A stretch of 64,000 nt of DNA from Bacteroidota bacterium (lineage in GTDB: Bacteria > Bacteroidota > Rhodothermia > Balneolales > Balneolaceae), in assembly GCA_009909035.1 (NCBI GenBank), contig JAAAOB010000172.1, positions 3,721-67,720 on the forward strand, in the 5' to 3' direction. Position numbers and translations under genes: made by a program. The notes beneath the pieces were generated by a model. The model saw only the letters and a list, made by a program, of their open reading frames with translations. It was not told the DNA's origin and ran no database searches. This document shows, piece after piece, positions 50,831 through 59,416 of the stretch; position 1 is the stretch's first letter, and the number at the start of each line of letters is the position of its first letter.

Positions 50831-52135
50831 TCAAGCGTAAATACCGCGCAGCTTCAGCGTTTCTGCAACTCTGTCAATGGCATAAACATAGGCTGCCTGC
50901 CGCATGGTTATGTTATGTTTTTCGCAAACGGCGTAAAGATTATCGAAGGCACTACGCATCATTCGGTTCAACCGGCGGTTTACCCGCTCTTCGGTCCAGA
51001 AATATCCCTGCCGGTCCTGAACCCATTCAAAATAGGATACCGTTACTCCTCCGGCATTTGCCAGGATATCGGGAATAACCATAACGCCGTTTTCCTCCAG
51101 AATAGAGTCGGCATTGGCGGTAACCGGGCCGTTGGCACCTTCTGCTACAATTTTTGCATCGATTTTATGCGCATTGTGGCGTCCAATCTGGTCCTCCTTG
51201 GCGGCGGGAATCAATACGTCGCAAGTCAGTTCAAGAAGCTCTTCGTTTGAAATCGGCTGGGCGTTTTCATAGCCCTCAAGCGACCGGTTATTTGCATTCA
51301 TATAAGAAATGGCTTCGGGAATATCGATGCCTTCGGCGTTGTAATAGCCACCTGATATATCGCTGATTGCGATAATTTTTGCACCCTGCTCATACATCAG
51401 TTCGGCTGAAACAGATCCCACATTGCCGAAGCCCTGCACTACAACCGTCGTTTTATTTGGCATGAGGCCCATTTTGCTTAATGCCGCAAGAGTTACAGTT
51501 ACAACACCACGGCCGGTGGCTTCTTTGCGTCCCTGTGATCCACCCAGAATAATTGGTTTACCGGTCACAACCGCCGTTTCGGTTTTTAATGAATTCATAC
51601 TGTATGTATCCATAATCCAGGCCATCACTTGTTCGTCGGTATTCATGTCGGGAGCAGGAATATCGCGATCCGGGCCAAAAACCTCGAGTAAATTTGCCGT
51701 GTAGCGGCGTGTTAACCGCTCCAGCTCATGTTTGGAAAGCTCTTTGGGATTACAGCGAATTCCCCCTTTTGCACCGCCGAATGGAACGTTTACAACAGCA
51801 CATTTCCAGGTCATCCAGGCCGCAAGTGCTTTTACTTCGTCCAGATTAACATCGGGTGCAAAACGAATGCCGCCTTTCGACGGTCCGAGAACGTTATCGT
51901 GAATTACACGGAATCCTTCAAAGACTTTGATCTTTCCGTCATCCATAACGACGGGGATTGAGACAATCACCTGCTTTACGGGACTTGCAAGATACTGGAA
52001 CAGGCCCTCGTCCAGCTGGAGGATTTCGGCTGCAAAACGAAAGCGCTCCATCATAGATTCAAACGGGGATTCTTTGTCAAGTTTTGGGCCGGGTTCTTTG
52101 TAGAAAGAGGTTAGACTGGATGGAATATTCGCCAT
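50831..52135 (-). CDS. gdhA: Glu/Leu/Phe/Val dehydrogenase (glutamate dehydrogenase)
   Basis: KGGIRF, GGAKGG, DIPAPD, QGFGNVG, EGANGP and [12 protein letters not shown]. Confidence 0.93.
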   Translation of the reverse strand: MANIPSSLTSFYKEPGPKLDKESPFESMMERFRFAAEILQLDEGLFQYLASPVKQVIVSIPVVMDDGKIKVFEGFRVIHDNVLGPSKGGIRFAPDVNLDEVKALAAWMTWKCAVVNVPFGGAKGGIRCNPKELSKHELERLTRRYTANLLEVFGPDRDIPAPDMNTDEQVMAWIMDTYSMNSLKTETAVVTGKPIILGGSQGRKEATGRGVVTVTLAALSKMGLMPNKTTVVVQGFGNVGSVSAELMYEQGAKIIAISDISGGYYNAEGIDIPEAISYMNANNRSLEGYENAQPISNEELLELTCDVLIPAAKEDQIGRHNAHKIDAKIVAEGANGPVTANADSILEENGVMVIPDILANAGGVTVSYFEWVQDRQGYFWTEERVNRRLNRMMRSAFDNLYAVCEKHNITMRQAAYVYAIDRVAETLKLRGIYA

Positions 52136-52295
52136 AGATGTTTTATGTGTGGTAGCGCTTTTTTACGCTCTGAATTAAATTTTATGCATCAAAAATACAC
52201 ACCTTTTCTTCAATAGGGAAACGGATTTCCTGAAAAATTTTGGGTCTAAGTATAAATTGTTTATCGTCATATTTTCATTGTTCTCAAATAAGTAG

Positions 52296-52525
52296 TGTTG
52301 TGTCATCGATAGAGTGACGGAGTTGTTGGATGAGGACCTTCACCGGGTGAATTCCCTTCATCCGGTGAATCGCCCAAACATGACACCCGGCCGTTCGAAA
52401 CCTGTCGTAAAGATTCGGACCTGCCCCACTCATCCGATGGGAAGAAGTCGTCGGATGAGAATAGATCCTTACCCAGACAAATCAGCATTGACGCGACAGT
52501 CGTCTCTGTTGGGTAATCTTTTGTT
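52296..52525 (+). ncRNA. Candidate structured cis-regulatory RNA (attenuator/riboswitch-like) or small ncRNA; family not identified
   Basis: Hand-paired stems 52339-52369 (13 bp), 52393-52420 and 52429-52459 (11 bp), all with G-U pairs on the + strand. Long-range pairing 52296-52305/52489-52498, and alternative pairing of 52466-52479 with either 52324-52336 or 52507-52516. Confidence 0.5.
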
Positions 52526-52555
52526 AACATAAACTTTTTAAATTATAAGTTTAAA

Positions 52556-53716
52556 GTGAGTGCAAGTCAAAGGCAGCAAATGGGCAACAAAAAAAGAAAG
52601 GATTCTTCGGGGAAAATGCTCACGTATTTAGAGAGTCTTATACCGACCGGACTAATTGAAGTAATTCGTGAGGAACGGCGCTTTTTGATGCTGATTGGCA
52701 TTTTCTTTTTCATCGCCGGTGCTTTTTATGAAACCCCACAAGTTGCAATGTGGATCGGGTTTTTCTTTGCAGCCTACTCCGCAATCGCCAATGACAGCAT
52801 TCAGACGATCGGTACCTTCCTGGCTTCAAATGCCGACAAAAAGTGGTGGATGCTATGGCTCTGGATCGGGGGAATATTTGTTATTACGGTCAGTTACAGC
52901 TGGGTTGTCAATAGCGGCGATGTGACCTATGAGCGGCTGACATCCCGCGGATTTGAGCAGGCACCAACCAGTTTCAAATTCTTGCAGGTTGCCGCCCCTC
53001 TTTTTCTGCTGATATTAACCCGACTCCGAATGCCGGTGTCTACAACGTTTCTTCTTCTTAGCGCATTTGCAACAACCCCGGAAGGAATTGTCGATGTTTT
53101 AAACAAAAGCCTGTCGGGGTATTTTATTGCATTTATCGTGGCCATTGTTGTATGGATCGGACTAAACAAGCTGCTGCAGAAACTTTTCACCGGGGAGCCC
53201 GGCTCTTTTTGGCGGCCGCTTCAGTGGATCGTTAGCGGACTGCTTTGGGCGGTATGGTTGATGCAGGATGCAGCCAATATAGCGGTCTACTTGCCCAGGA
53301 GTCTTGGAATCTCTGCATTCCTGGTATTTACAGGGTTTATATTTCTTGGACTTGGCATACTTTTCTATCTGCGCGGAGATAAAATCCAGCAGATTGTAAC
53401 TGAAAAATCGTACGTCACGGATGTACGGTCGGCAACGGTCATCGATGGTGTGTACGCGATTGTGCTCTACTATTTTAAAGTAGTGAGTGTTGTACCCATG
53501 AGCACAACCTGGGTGTTTATCGGGCTGCTTGGCGGACGGGAAATAGCCATGAGCATCACGGATTCAAAGGGGAAGGGACGAGCCATGAGTCACTCCTTGA
53601 GACTGATTGGCAAAGACGTCAGTTATGCGCTTATAGGGCTGATTATATCCATTATCATTGCAGTTGCCATCAACCCGATTATATGGGATGAACTGATGAA
53701 TTATTTTTTTAGTTGA
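52556..53716 (+). CDS. Divergent PiT/PHO4-like inorganic phosphate (or anion/cation) transporter
   Basis: Internally repeated PiT-like motifs AIANDSIQT...MPVSTT and QDAANIA...VPMSTT, with about 10 TM helices. Start may be ATG 52580 or 52616. Confidence 0.6.
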   Translation: MSASQRQQMGNKKRKDSSGKMLTYLESLIPTGLIEVIREERRFLMLIGIFFFIAGAFYETPQVAMWIGFFFAAYSAIANDSIQTIGTFLASNADKKWWMLWLWIGGIFVITVSYSWVVNSGDVTYERLTSRGFEQAPTSFKFLQVAAPLFLLILTRLRMPVSTTFLLLSAFATTPEGIVDVLNKSLSGYFIAFIVAIVVWIGLNKLLQKLFTGEPGSFWRPLQWIVSGLLWAVWLMQDAANIAVYLPRSLGISAFLVFTGFIFLGLGILFYLRGDKIQQIVTEKSYVTDVRSATVIDGVYAIVLYYFKVVSVVPMSTTWVFIGLLGGREIAMSITDSKGKGRAMSHSLRLIGKDVSYALIGLIISIIIAVAINPIIWDELMNYFFS

Positions 53717-53798
53717 TATTTTGAAATAAATCGTCCATAATTAGACCTGCCTAAATAACCATACGGCACGCACGATTGAATAGTCAAAATATCCATCA

Positions 53799-54296
53799 AT
53801 GGACAGCGGAGTTTTAGTTTTAAATCAGGATTATCAGCCCCTGAGCATCTGCTCTGTGCAGCGATCCGTCAAACTGCTATTTCTTGAAAAAGCCGAGCTA
53901 TTACACGACGATCCAGACAAGCGGCTGCGCACTGTAGATGATGAGTACTCCTACCCGTCGGTTATCCGCCTTCGCAGATATATTAAATTACCGTATAAAC
54001 GAATTGTCTTATCCAGACGCAATATCATGAAGCGCGATAACAGTACCTGCCAATACTGCGGCAGCCGGTCGGACTTGACACTCGATCACGTGATACCCAG
54101 AAGCAGAAATGGCGGCGATACATGGGAGAACCTGGTAACCGCCTGTAACAGCTGTAACGTGAAAAAAGGGAACCGCACACCGGGTGAAGCCGGAATGCCG
54201 TTGAAGGTTGAACCGTATCGCCCGATTCATATTACGTTTTTCCAGAACCTGATGAGTACAGTGCAGGACGACTGGAAGCCCTATCTTTACATGTAG
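53799..54296 (+). CDS. HNH endonuclease (small McrA-like family)
   Basis: [50 protein letters not shown]. Confidence 0.9.
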   Translation: MDSGVLVLNQDYQPLSICSVQRSVKLLFLEKAELLHDDPDKRLRTVDDEYSYPSVIRLRRYIKLPYKRIVLSRRNIMKRDNSTCQYCGSRSDLTLDHVIPRSRNGGDTWENLVTACNSCNVKKGNRTPGEAGMPLKVEPYRPIHITFFQNLMSTVQDDWKPYLYM

Positions 54297-54495
54297 ACAA
54301 ACAGGCTGCATTCTGCAAGGAATCCGGGTCGATCTGCCCAATACTCCCAACTCTCCAAACCGAATGGAGGTGTTTGAAGCAGGGCTGTAAAATGCATAAT
54401 AACTGATAGAGAGTGCCGTTTGAAGGTTGCTTTTCACACGGTTTACACAAAAAATCCGTAACTTAGTAGGCTAAACTGTTAAAATATTATTTGAT

Positions 54496-55632
54496 ATGAG
54501 TACAAAAGGTCGTGTTCTTGTAGCGATGAGCGGCGGAGTAGATTCCTCCGTGGCCGCTGTCATGCTGCATGAACAGGGATATGACGTGATTGGAATTACA
54601 ATGAAGACGTGGGATTACCACCGTAGTGGCGGCGATAACGGCAAAGAAACAGGGTGCTGCACGGTTGAATCCATGAATGATGCCCGTCATATTGCGGTGA
54701 AATATGGGTTTAAACACTTTATCGTCGATATTCGGGATGAGTTTGGCGACTGGGTCATCGACAGGTTCGTGGAAGAGTATACAAGCGGGCGGACGCCAAA
54801 CCCGTGTGTTCTCTGCAACACCCACATCAAATGGGCCGCACTTCTGAGGCGTGCCGATAATCTTGGATGCGATTACATCGCAACGGGCCACTATGCGAAT
54901 GTCCGGAAGGAGAATGGACGGTTTGTAATCAGTAAAGGTCGCGATCACGACAAAGATCAGTCGTATGCGCTTTGGGGCGTCCAGCAAAAACACCTGGAGC
55001 GGACTATTTTTCCACTTGGCGGATTCAGGAAAACCAAAATTAGGAAGATTGCTGAAGAGTACGGACTGCTGAACGTTGCCAATAAACCCGATTCCTACGA
55101 AATATGCTTCATACCCGACAACAACTACCACCGGTTCCTGAATGACCGTGTTGATGGGCTGGAAGAGCGGGTACGCGGGGGCGATTTTGTTGACAAGAAC
55201 GGAAATGTTGTCGGCAAGCATAAAGGATATCCCTACTACACCATTGGTCAACGACGAGGCCTCGATTTAGCATTAGGATATCCTGTATACGTAACCGATA
55301 TCGATCCCGTACATAACGTGATTACCATTGGGGAAAAAGAGGACCTGGTCAGCACAACATGCAGAGCCAGGGAATTGAATCTTGTCAAGTATGAAAACAT
55401 TCCGGGGGGATCCATGGACATCGTGGGAAAAATACGATACAATGATGACGGGGCGTCCGGAACAATTACTCAAATTTCTGATGATGAAATAGAGGTGCAT
55501 TTTCCGGCCGGCCGGGAAGCCATTACACCGGGCCAGGCAATCGTTTGCTATGAGGGTGACGATGTTGTTGCCGGCGGATGGATTCATAAGGTAAATATTG
55601 AGATGAACGAGCCTGATGTTGTCTCGGCATGA
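54496..55632 (+). CDS. mnmA: tRNA 2-thiouridine(34) synthase
   Basis: AMSGGVDSSV, TPNPCVLCN, ATGHYA, KDQSY, ICF, YTIGQRRG and ITPGQ. Confidence 0.97.
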   Translation: MSTKGRVLVAMSGGVDSSVAAVMLHEQGYDVIGITMKTWDYHRSGGDNGKETGCCTVESMNDARHIAVKYGFKHFIVDIRDEFGDWVIDRFVEEYTSGRTPNPCVLCNTHIKWAALLRRADNLGCDYIATGHYANVRKENGRFVISKGRDHDKDQSYALWGVQQKHLERTIFPLGGFRKTKIRKIAEEYGLLNVANKPDSYEICFIPDNNYHRFLNDRVDGLEERVRGGDFVDKNGNVVGKHKGYPYYTIGQRRGLDLALGYPVYVTDIDPVHNVITIGEKEDLVSTTCRARELNLVKYENIPGGSMDIVGKIRYNDDGASGTITQISDDEIEVHFPAGREAITPGQAIVCYEGDDVVAGGWIHKVNIEMNEPDVVSA

Positions 55633-55689
55633 AACAATTTTGCGGTTTTGGATGTCTAACCCATTGACATTTAACCTATCCCTGAGATC

Positions 55690-56451
55690 ATGAAAAAATT
55701 ATCATACGTATTCTACATTACAATCACTCTCCTGCTTGGTTTTTCTACCAGTGCTTTTTCACAGTTTGAAGGTGAAATTCGATTCCAGGTTGAAGATTAT
55801 ACAGGCCGCACCTCCGCAAATCCATCGTTCAGGTTAACGTCTGCCGATGATCGAATGTTTATTTTTTCCGACAGGGAAGTAGAGATGATTACGGGATTTA
55901 AGGCGGATGGCCTTCTTATCAGAAATGATAAACAGGATTTTGTTTTCAATACAAGCAACAATCAATCCCTGAAAATTACTAAAAGTGATCTGGATGGACT
56001 CCTGCAGATGATTGAACGTTATGGGGGAGCCCCTGATCAAACCAATGCCGACCGCTTCGACTGGAAAACCGGTATAGTGGAGACAGGCAACACGAAAAGC
56101 CACCTTGGCTACGAATTGATGGAATTCAGAGTAAAAGGAGATCGTGAAGATCAGTACGCCTCCGTCTGGCTTACGGAAGAGATAAAAATGAATTGGGGTT
56201 TGATGACAGACGTGTGGAAAAAGGTCGGAAACCGTTTTTCAGAAACAGATCTGCCAGTAGAGCTTGTGATGAATGCCAACAGCTTCCCACTCCTGTTTGA
56301 AGTCTTTGACAGAGGAAATTTGCTTTTTAAAATTGAATCTGTAAGCGTTGAAACAAGTGCTTTCGACCGATCCGTTTTACAGCTGCCGGAAGACAGATCT
56401 CTGATTGGTATCACGGATGTAATGATGAACATGTTTCGCCAACAACGCTAA
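55690..56451 (+). CDS. Secreted hypothetical protein (DUF4412/GLPGLI-like)
   Basis: Signal peptide then QFEGEI; TGNTKSHLGY...VWLT...FPL resembles DUF4412. Confidence 0.55.
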   Translation: MKKLSYVFYITITLLLGFSTSAFSQFEGEIRFQVEDYTGRTSANPSFRLTSADDRMFIFSDREVEMITGFKADGLLIRNDKQDFVFNTSNNQSLKITKSDLDGLLQMIERYGGAPDQTNADRFDWKTGIVETGNTKSHLGYELMEFRVKGDREDQYASVWLTEEIKMNWGLMTDVWKKVGNRFSETDLPVELVMNANSFPLLFEVFDRGNLLFKIESVSVETSAFDRSVLQLPEDRSLIGITDVMMNMFRQQR

Positions 56452-56454
56452 TAG

Positions 56455-57180
56455 ATGCGACCAACGGTACACCTGCTGCTGATATGGTTTGTGATGTCGT
56501 GTGCGGGCACGCAAAATAGAACGGGAGATGAACCCGGCGGACCCATCAGCTTGCAGGAGGCTGCCCGAATGGAAGATGATTCTGTAGCATCGTTGCTGGA
56601 CGGTTATCGTGAGAGGTATGAAGAAGAGATGGGGGTGGAAGTTGCCGAGGTTGAGTATCCCCTGACGTTTGGCGCACCGGAGAGCAGGATGGGCAATTTG
56701 GTTGCAGATGCAATCCGGGCCCGCGCTGCACGGGAAACACGGAGTTTTGTGCACTTATCTTTAATAGGAGAGGGATCATTTAAACTAAATTTCAATGAAG
56801 GTCCACTGACTTTGGGCGAAGTGCTTGAGTTTATGCCGTACGAGAATCACCTGGTTCTCCTAAAAATAGATGGCGAAATGGTGATTGAGCTCAGCCAACA
56901 GATTGCAGAACGCGGCGGTGTTCCCGTTAGTGGACTGCGCTTACGGATTGAAGACAATAAAGCGAGACAGGTACTGGTTAATTCGCAAATCCCTGAAAAA
57001 GATAAGGAATACTGGCTGGCCACAAGCAGCTGGATTGCGAATGGCGGAGGTAAATTTACAGCTTTAGATGAGCCTCTGGAACGAGTGGACTACGATTTGT
57101 CTATCCGGCAGCTCTATATTGATTATTTTAAAAACCGGCGTACAGTTGCACCTGAACTTGACGGCAGGATACGACAGTGA
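56455..57180 (+). CDS. 5'-nucleotidase C-terminal-domain lipoprotein
   Basis: Lipobox MSC, ESRMGNLVADA, FMPYENHL and YWLATSSWIANGG. Confidence 0.85.
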   Translation: MRPTVHLLLIWFVMSCAGTQNRTGDEPGGPISLQEAARMEDDSVASLLDGYRERYEEEMGVEVAEVEYPLTFGAPESRMGNLVADAIRARAARETRSFVHLSLIGEGSFKLNFNEGPLTLGEVLEFMPYENHLVLLKIDGEMVIELSQQIAERGGVPVSGLRLRIEDNKARQVLVNSQIPEKDKEYWLATSSWIANGGGKFTALDEPLERVDYDLSIRQLYIDYFKNRRTVAPELDGRIRQ

Positions 57181-58103
57181 TGGATCGTAAGGCATTTTTA
57201 AAACAGTCTGCAGCCTACGCCGCCGGTTCTCTCTTTTTTGCGCCATTATTGGGCAGTCCTGGATCAACGAATCAACAGCTTACGATTCTTTATACGAACG
57301 ACACGCACGCCCGTTTGGATCCGTTCCCTGAGAATGCGAGAGAATTTGCCGGGCTGGGCGGGATTGCCAGAAGAGCTAATCTGATCAAAGAGATCCGAAA
57401 ACGTCAGGAACACGTTCTTTTGCTCGATGCGGGAGATGTGTTCCAGGGAACGCCGTGGTTTGATCTTTATGGTGGAGAGGTGGACCTGGAATTGATGAGT
57501 ACTATTGGGTACGATGCAATGGCTGTGGGTAACCATGAATTTGACCGCGGACTTCTGGGTCTGGCAGATGCAGCCCAAAAAGCTTCATTTCCACTCCTTG
57601 CTGCAAACTACAGCGTCCATAAAACACCGCTGAATGGTGTTGTGCAGCGTTTTGTCACCCGCCGGATTGCAGGAGTAAAGGTAGGAATCTTTGGTCTCGG
57701 GATTGAACTGCAGGGGATCGTGGATCCAAAACGTTACGGAAGCGTTCAATCACGCGATCCGATCGTATGGGCAAACGGGATGGTGACAAGCCTCAGGCGC
57801 TATCACAACTGCGATGTTATCATATGCCTGAGCCACCTTGGCTATACGTATGAAGGCAGCCGTATGGATGATCGTGCAATAGCAAAACAGGTTGAAGGAG
57901 TAGACCTGATTATCGGGGGACATACCCATACATTTCTCGACTCACCGGCAGAAATTCTAAACCCCGGGGGAACCCGCACTCTCGTCACACAAATGGGCCA
58001 TAGCGGTATACGTCTTGGCCGCATTGATATTGATCTTGAGCTATACCTGGAGAAACGAAAAAACGGGATTCGGTCAACCTATTACACCATTGGAGCAACG
58101 TAG
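57177..58103 (+). CDS. 5'-nucleotidase N-terminal metallophosphatase domain (Tat-like signal)
   Basis: DRKAFLK signal, TNDTH, DAGD, GNHEFD, LSHLG and GGHTH. Its stop codon lies inside the first REP GTAG. Confidence 0.9.
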   Translation: MMDRKAFLKQSAAYAAGSLFFAPLLGSPGSTNQQLTILYTNDTHARLDPFPENAREFAGLGGIARRANLIKEIRKRQEHVLLLDAGDVFQGTPWFDLYGGEVDLELMSTIGYDAMAVGNHEFDRGLLGLADAAQKASFPLLAANYSVHKTPLNGVVQRFVTRRIAGVKVGIFGLGIELQGIVDPKRYGSVQSRDPIVWANGMVTSLRRYHNCDVIICLSHLGYTYEGSRMDDRAIAKQVEGVDLIIGGHTHTFLDSPAEILNPGGTRTLVTQMGHSGIRLGRIDIDLELYLEKRKNGIRSTYYTIGAT

Positions 58104-58563
58104 AGCGGGTCGCTGACCCGCTTCTTGTAAACCATGCAAATTAAGGAGAGATGCGTTGGGAAAAGTAGTGTGTTGATAGATGGTCCTGAAACGAGTAAGT
58201 GATTCGTTGAATATAGTATTTTACCTCGGCTCAGGCAAGGCGCGCCGTAGAGCGGGTCGCTGACCCGCTTCTCACAAACCATGCAAATCAAGGAGAGATG
58301 TGTTAGGGGAGTCATCAGTTGATTGTCTGCCTTGAAAAAGAAAAAATCCGTTGTCTGTGGCTTTCCCACTCGGCTCAGGCGAGCCGAGCTACGTAGAGCG
58401 GGTCGCTGACCCGCTTGCCGTAATCCGAACACATCGAGAGAACTTGTGAAAGGTGCAGGCACGCGTTCATGGCTTGCCATGGAAAGCACCTCCTGCCGCT
58501 GATCAAATCTTTCCACACTCGGCTCAGGCGAGCCGAGCTACATAGCGGGTCGCTGACCCGCTT
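58100..58563. repeat. Left REP array (3 complete units plus the REP opening the RAYT-bearing unit)
   Basis: AGCGGGTCGCTGACCCGCTT at 58104, 58251, 58397 and 58544. An inverted CTCGGCTCAGGCGAGCCGAGCTAC (or a degenerate variant) precedes the last three. Confidence 0.92.
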
Positions 58564-58622
58564 CTCACAAACCAAGCAAACCGATGAGAATAGTGTCTGA
58601 AATAGCAGGCTGAATCAGTTAA

Positions 58623-59279
58623 TTACCTTATACTTTCCAAAAACTCTGGTTTGCAGTATGTATGTGGCCATTGCTGCCAGTGGGATACTAAATTAGCCTT
58701 GACCGGATTATTCAGCGTATAGAATACGCAACTTTCAAGTTCAGCATCGCTGCGGATCAACCGGTCAAAGTTCTCTGCCTGCCAAAAAGATCCTTTTCTC
58801 TTTAATGCCTGATTACATTTTCTCGAAGTGTATTTTTTTAGATTTCCTAAAATGTGTGTGATCGGAAATACCTCTAATTCTCTACTTTTCACAGTAAATT
58901 CATGCGTTTCGTTATTAATATGACGAAAAACCATATGCACGTGATTAGACATTAGACAGTATGCATAAAGATCATACTGTTTGCCATCTCTAAAATGAAT
59001 TGAATCTTTAATTATTCCTGCAATGTCAGGCATACTTAGCCATTTTGGTCCGCATGAATTTTTATCAAGTTCTGATTCGTATTTAGCAAATATTTTTCTT
59101 TCGATATTGATTCTGTTTTCTTCACGGACATTGTTTTTTAACTCATCTTGAATCTGTTTCCGATATGATTTCAACTCTTGAATAGTATTGGCTGGAAGAG
59201 ATCCAAACAATCTAAAGGTGACAAAATACTCACCACCCTGAAACTGAAGATGGGGAAGGTTTCTTCTGTAAAAAGGCAT
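58623..59279 (-). CDS. REP-associated tyrosine transposase (RAYT/TnpA-REP; Y1 HUH, IS200/IS605 superfamily)
   Basis: N-terminal YRRNLPH...YFVTFRL, HUH motif YCLMSNHVH, FWQ..FDRLIR and catalytic Tyr in YTLNNPVKA. Flanked by REPs and AT-rich. Confidence 0.9.
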   Translation of the reverse strand: MPFYRRNLPHLQFQGGEYFVTFRLFGSLPANTIQELKSYRKQIQDELKNNVREENRINIERKIFAKYESELDKNSCGPKWLSMPDIAGIIKDSIHFRDGKQYDLYAYCLMSNHVHMVFRHINNETHEFTVKSRELEVFPITHILGNLKKYTSRKCNQALKRKGSFWQAENFDRLIRSDAELESCVFYTLNNPVKANLVSHWQQWPHTYCKPEFLESIR

Positions 59280-59416
59280 GATTCTGGATGTTTAACCAGT
59301 ATTTTTACTTAAAAGAATTCATGAAAATCTAATCGATAAAAATAGACAGTTCAATATTTTTTTGAATACCCTCTATGAAAACAAGTTTGATAGACAGATT
59401 GTACCATGAACCTTAT

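Noticed and set aside
52240-52272. Third copy of the ECF -10 box (TCGTCATAT)
   Set aside because: There is no TGTAACC -35 element at the required spacing.
52296-52498. Retron msr-msd or hammerhead ribozyme
   Set aside because: There is no reverse transcriptase in the window and no CUGANGA core on either strand.
52303-52532. Short ORFs 52303-52530 (-) and 52314-52532 (+)
   Set aside because: They have non-ATG starts and no motifs; the region is better explained by RNA structure.
53799-54296. HNH gene as an IscB/HEARO, homing or defence nuclease linked to the 52.3-kb RNA
   Set aside because: At 165 aa it has no RuvC or PLMP segments. It matches the common stand-alone chromosomal HNH type and is separated from the RNA by the transporter gene.
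55630-55660. Possible ECF promoter TGAAAC...GTCTAA (and GAACTT...CGTTG at 44661)
   Set aside because: Single short matches with no second instance to support them.
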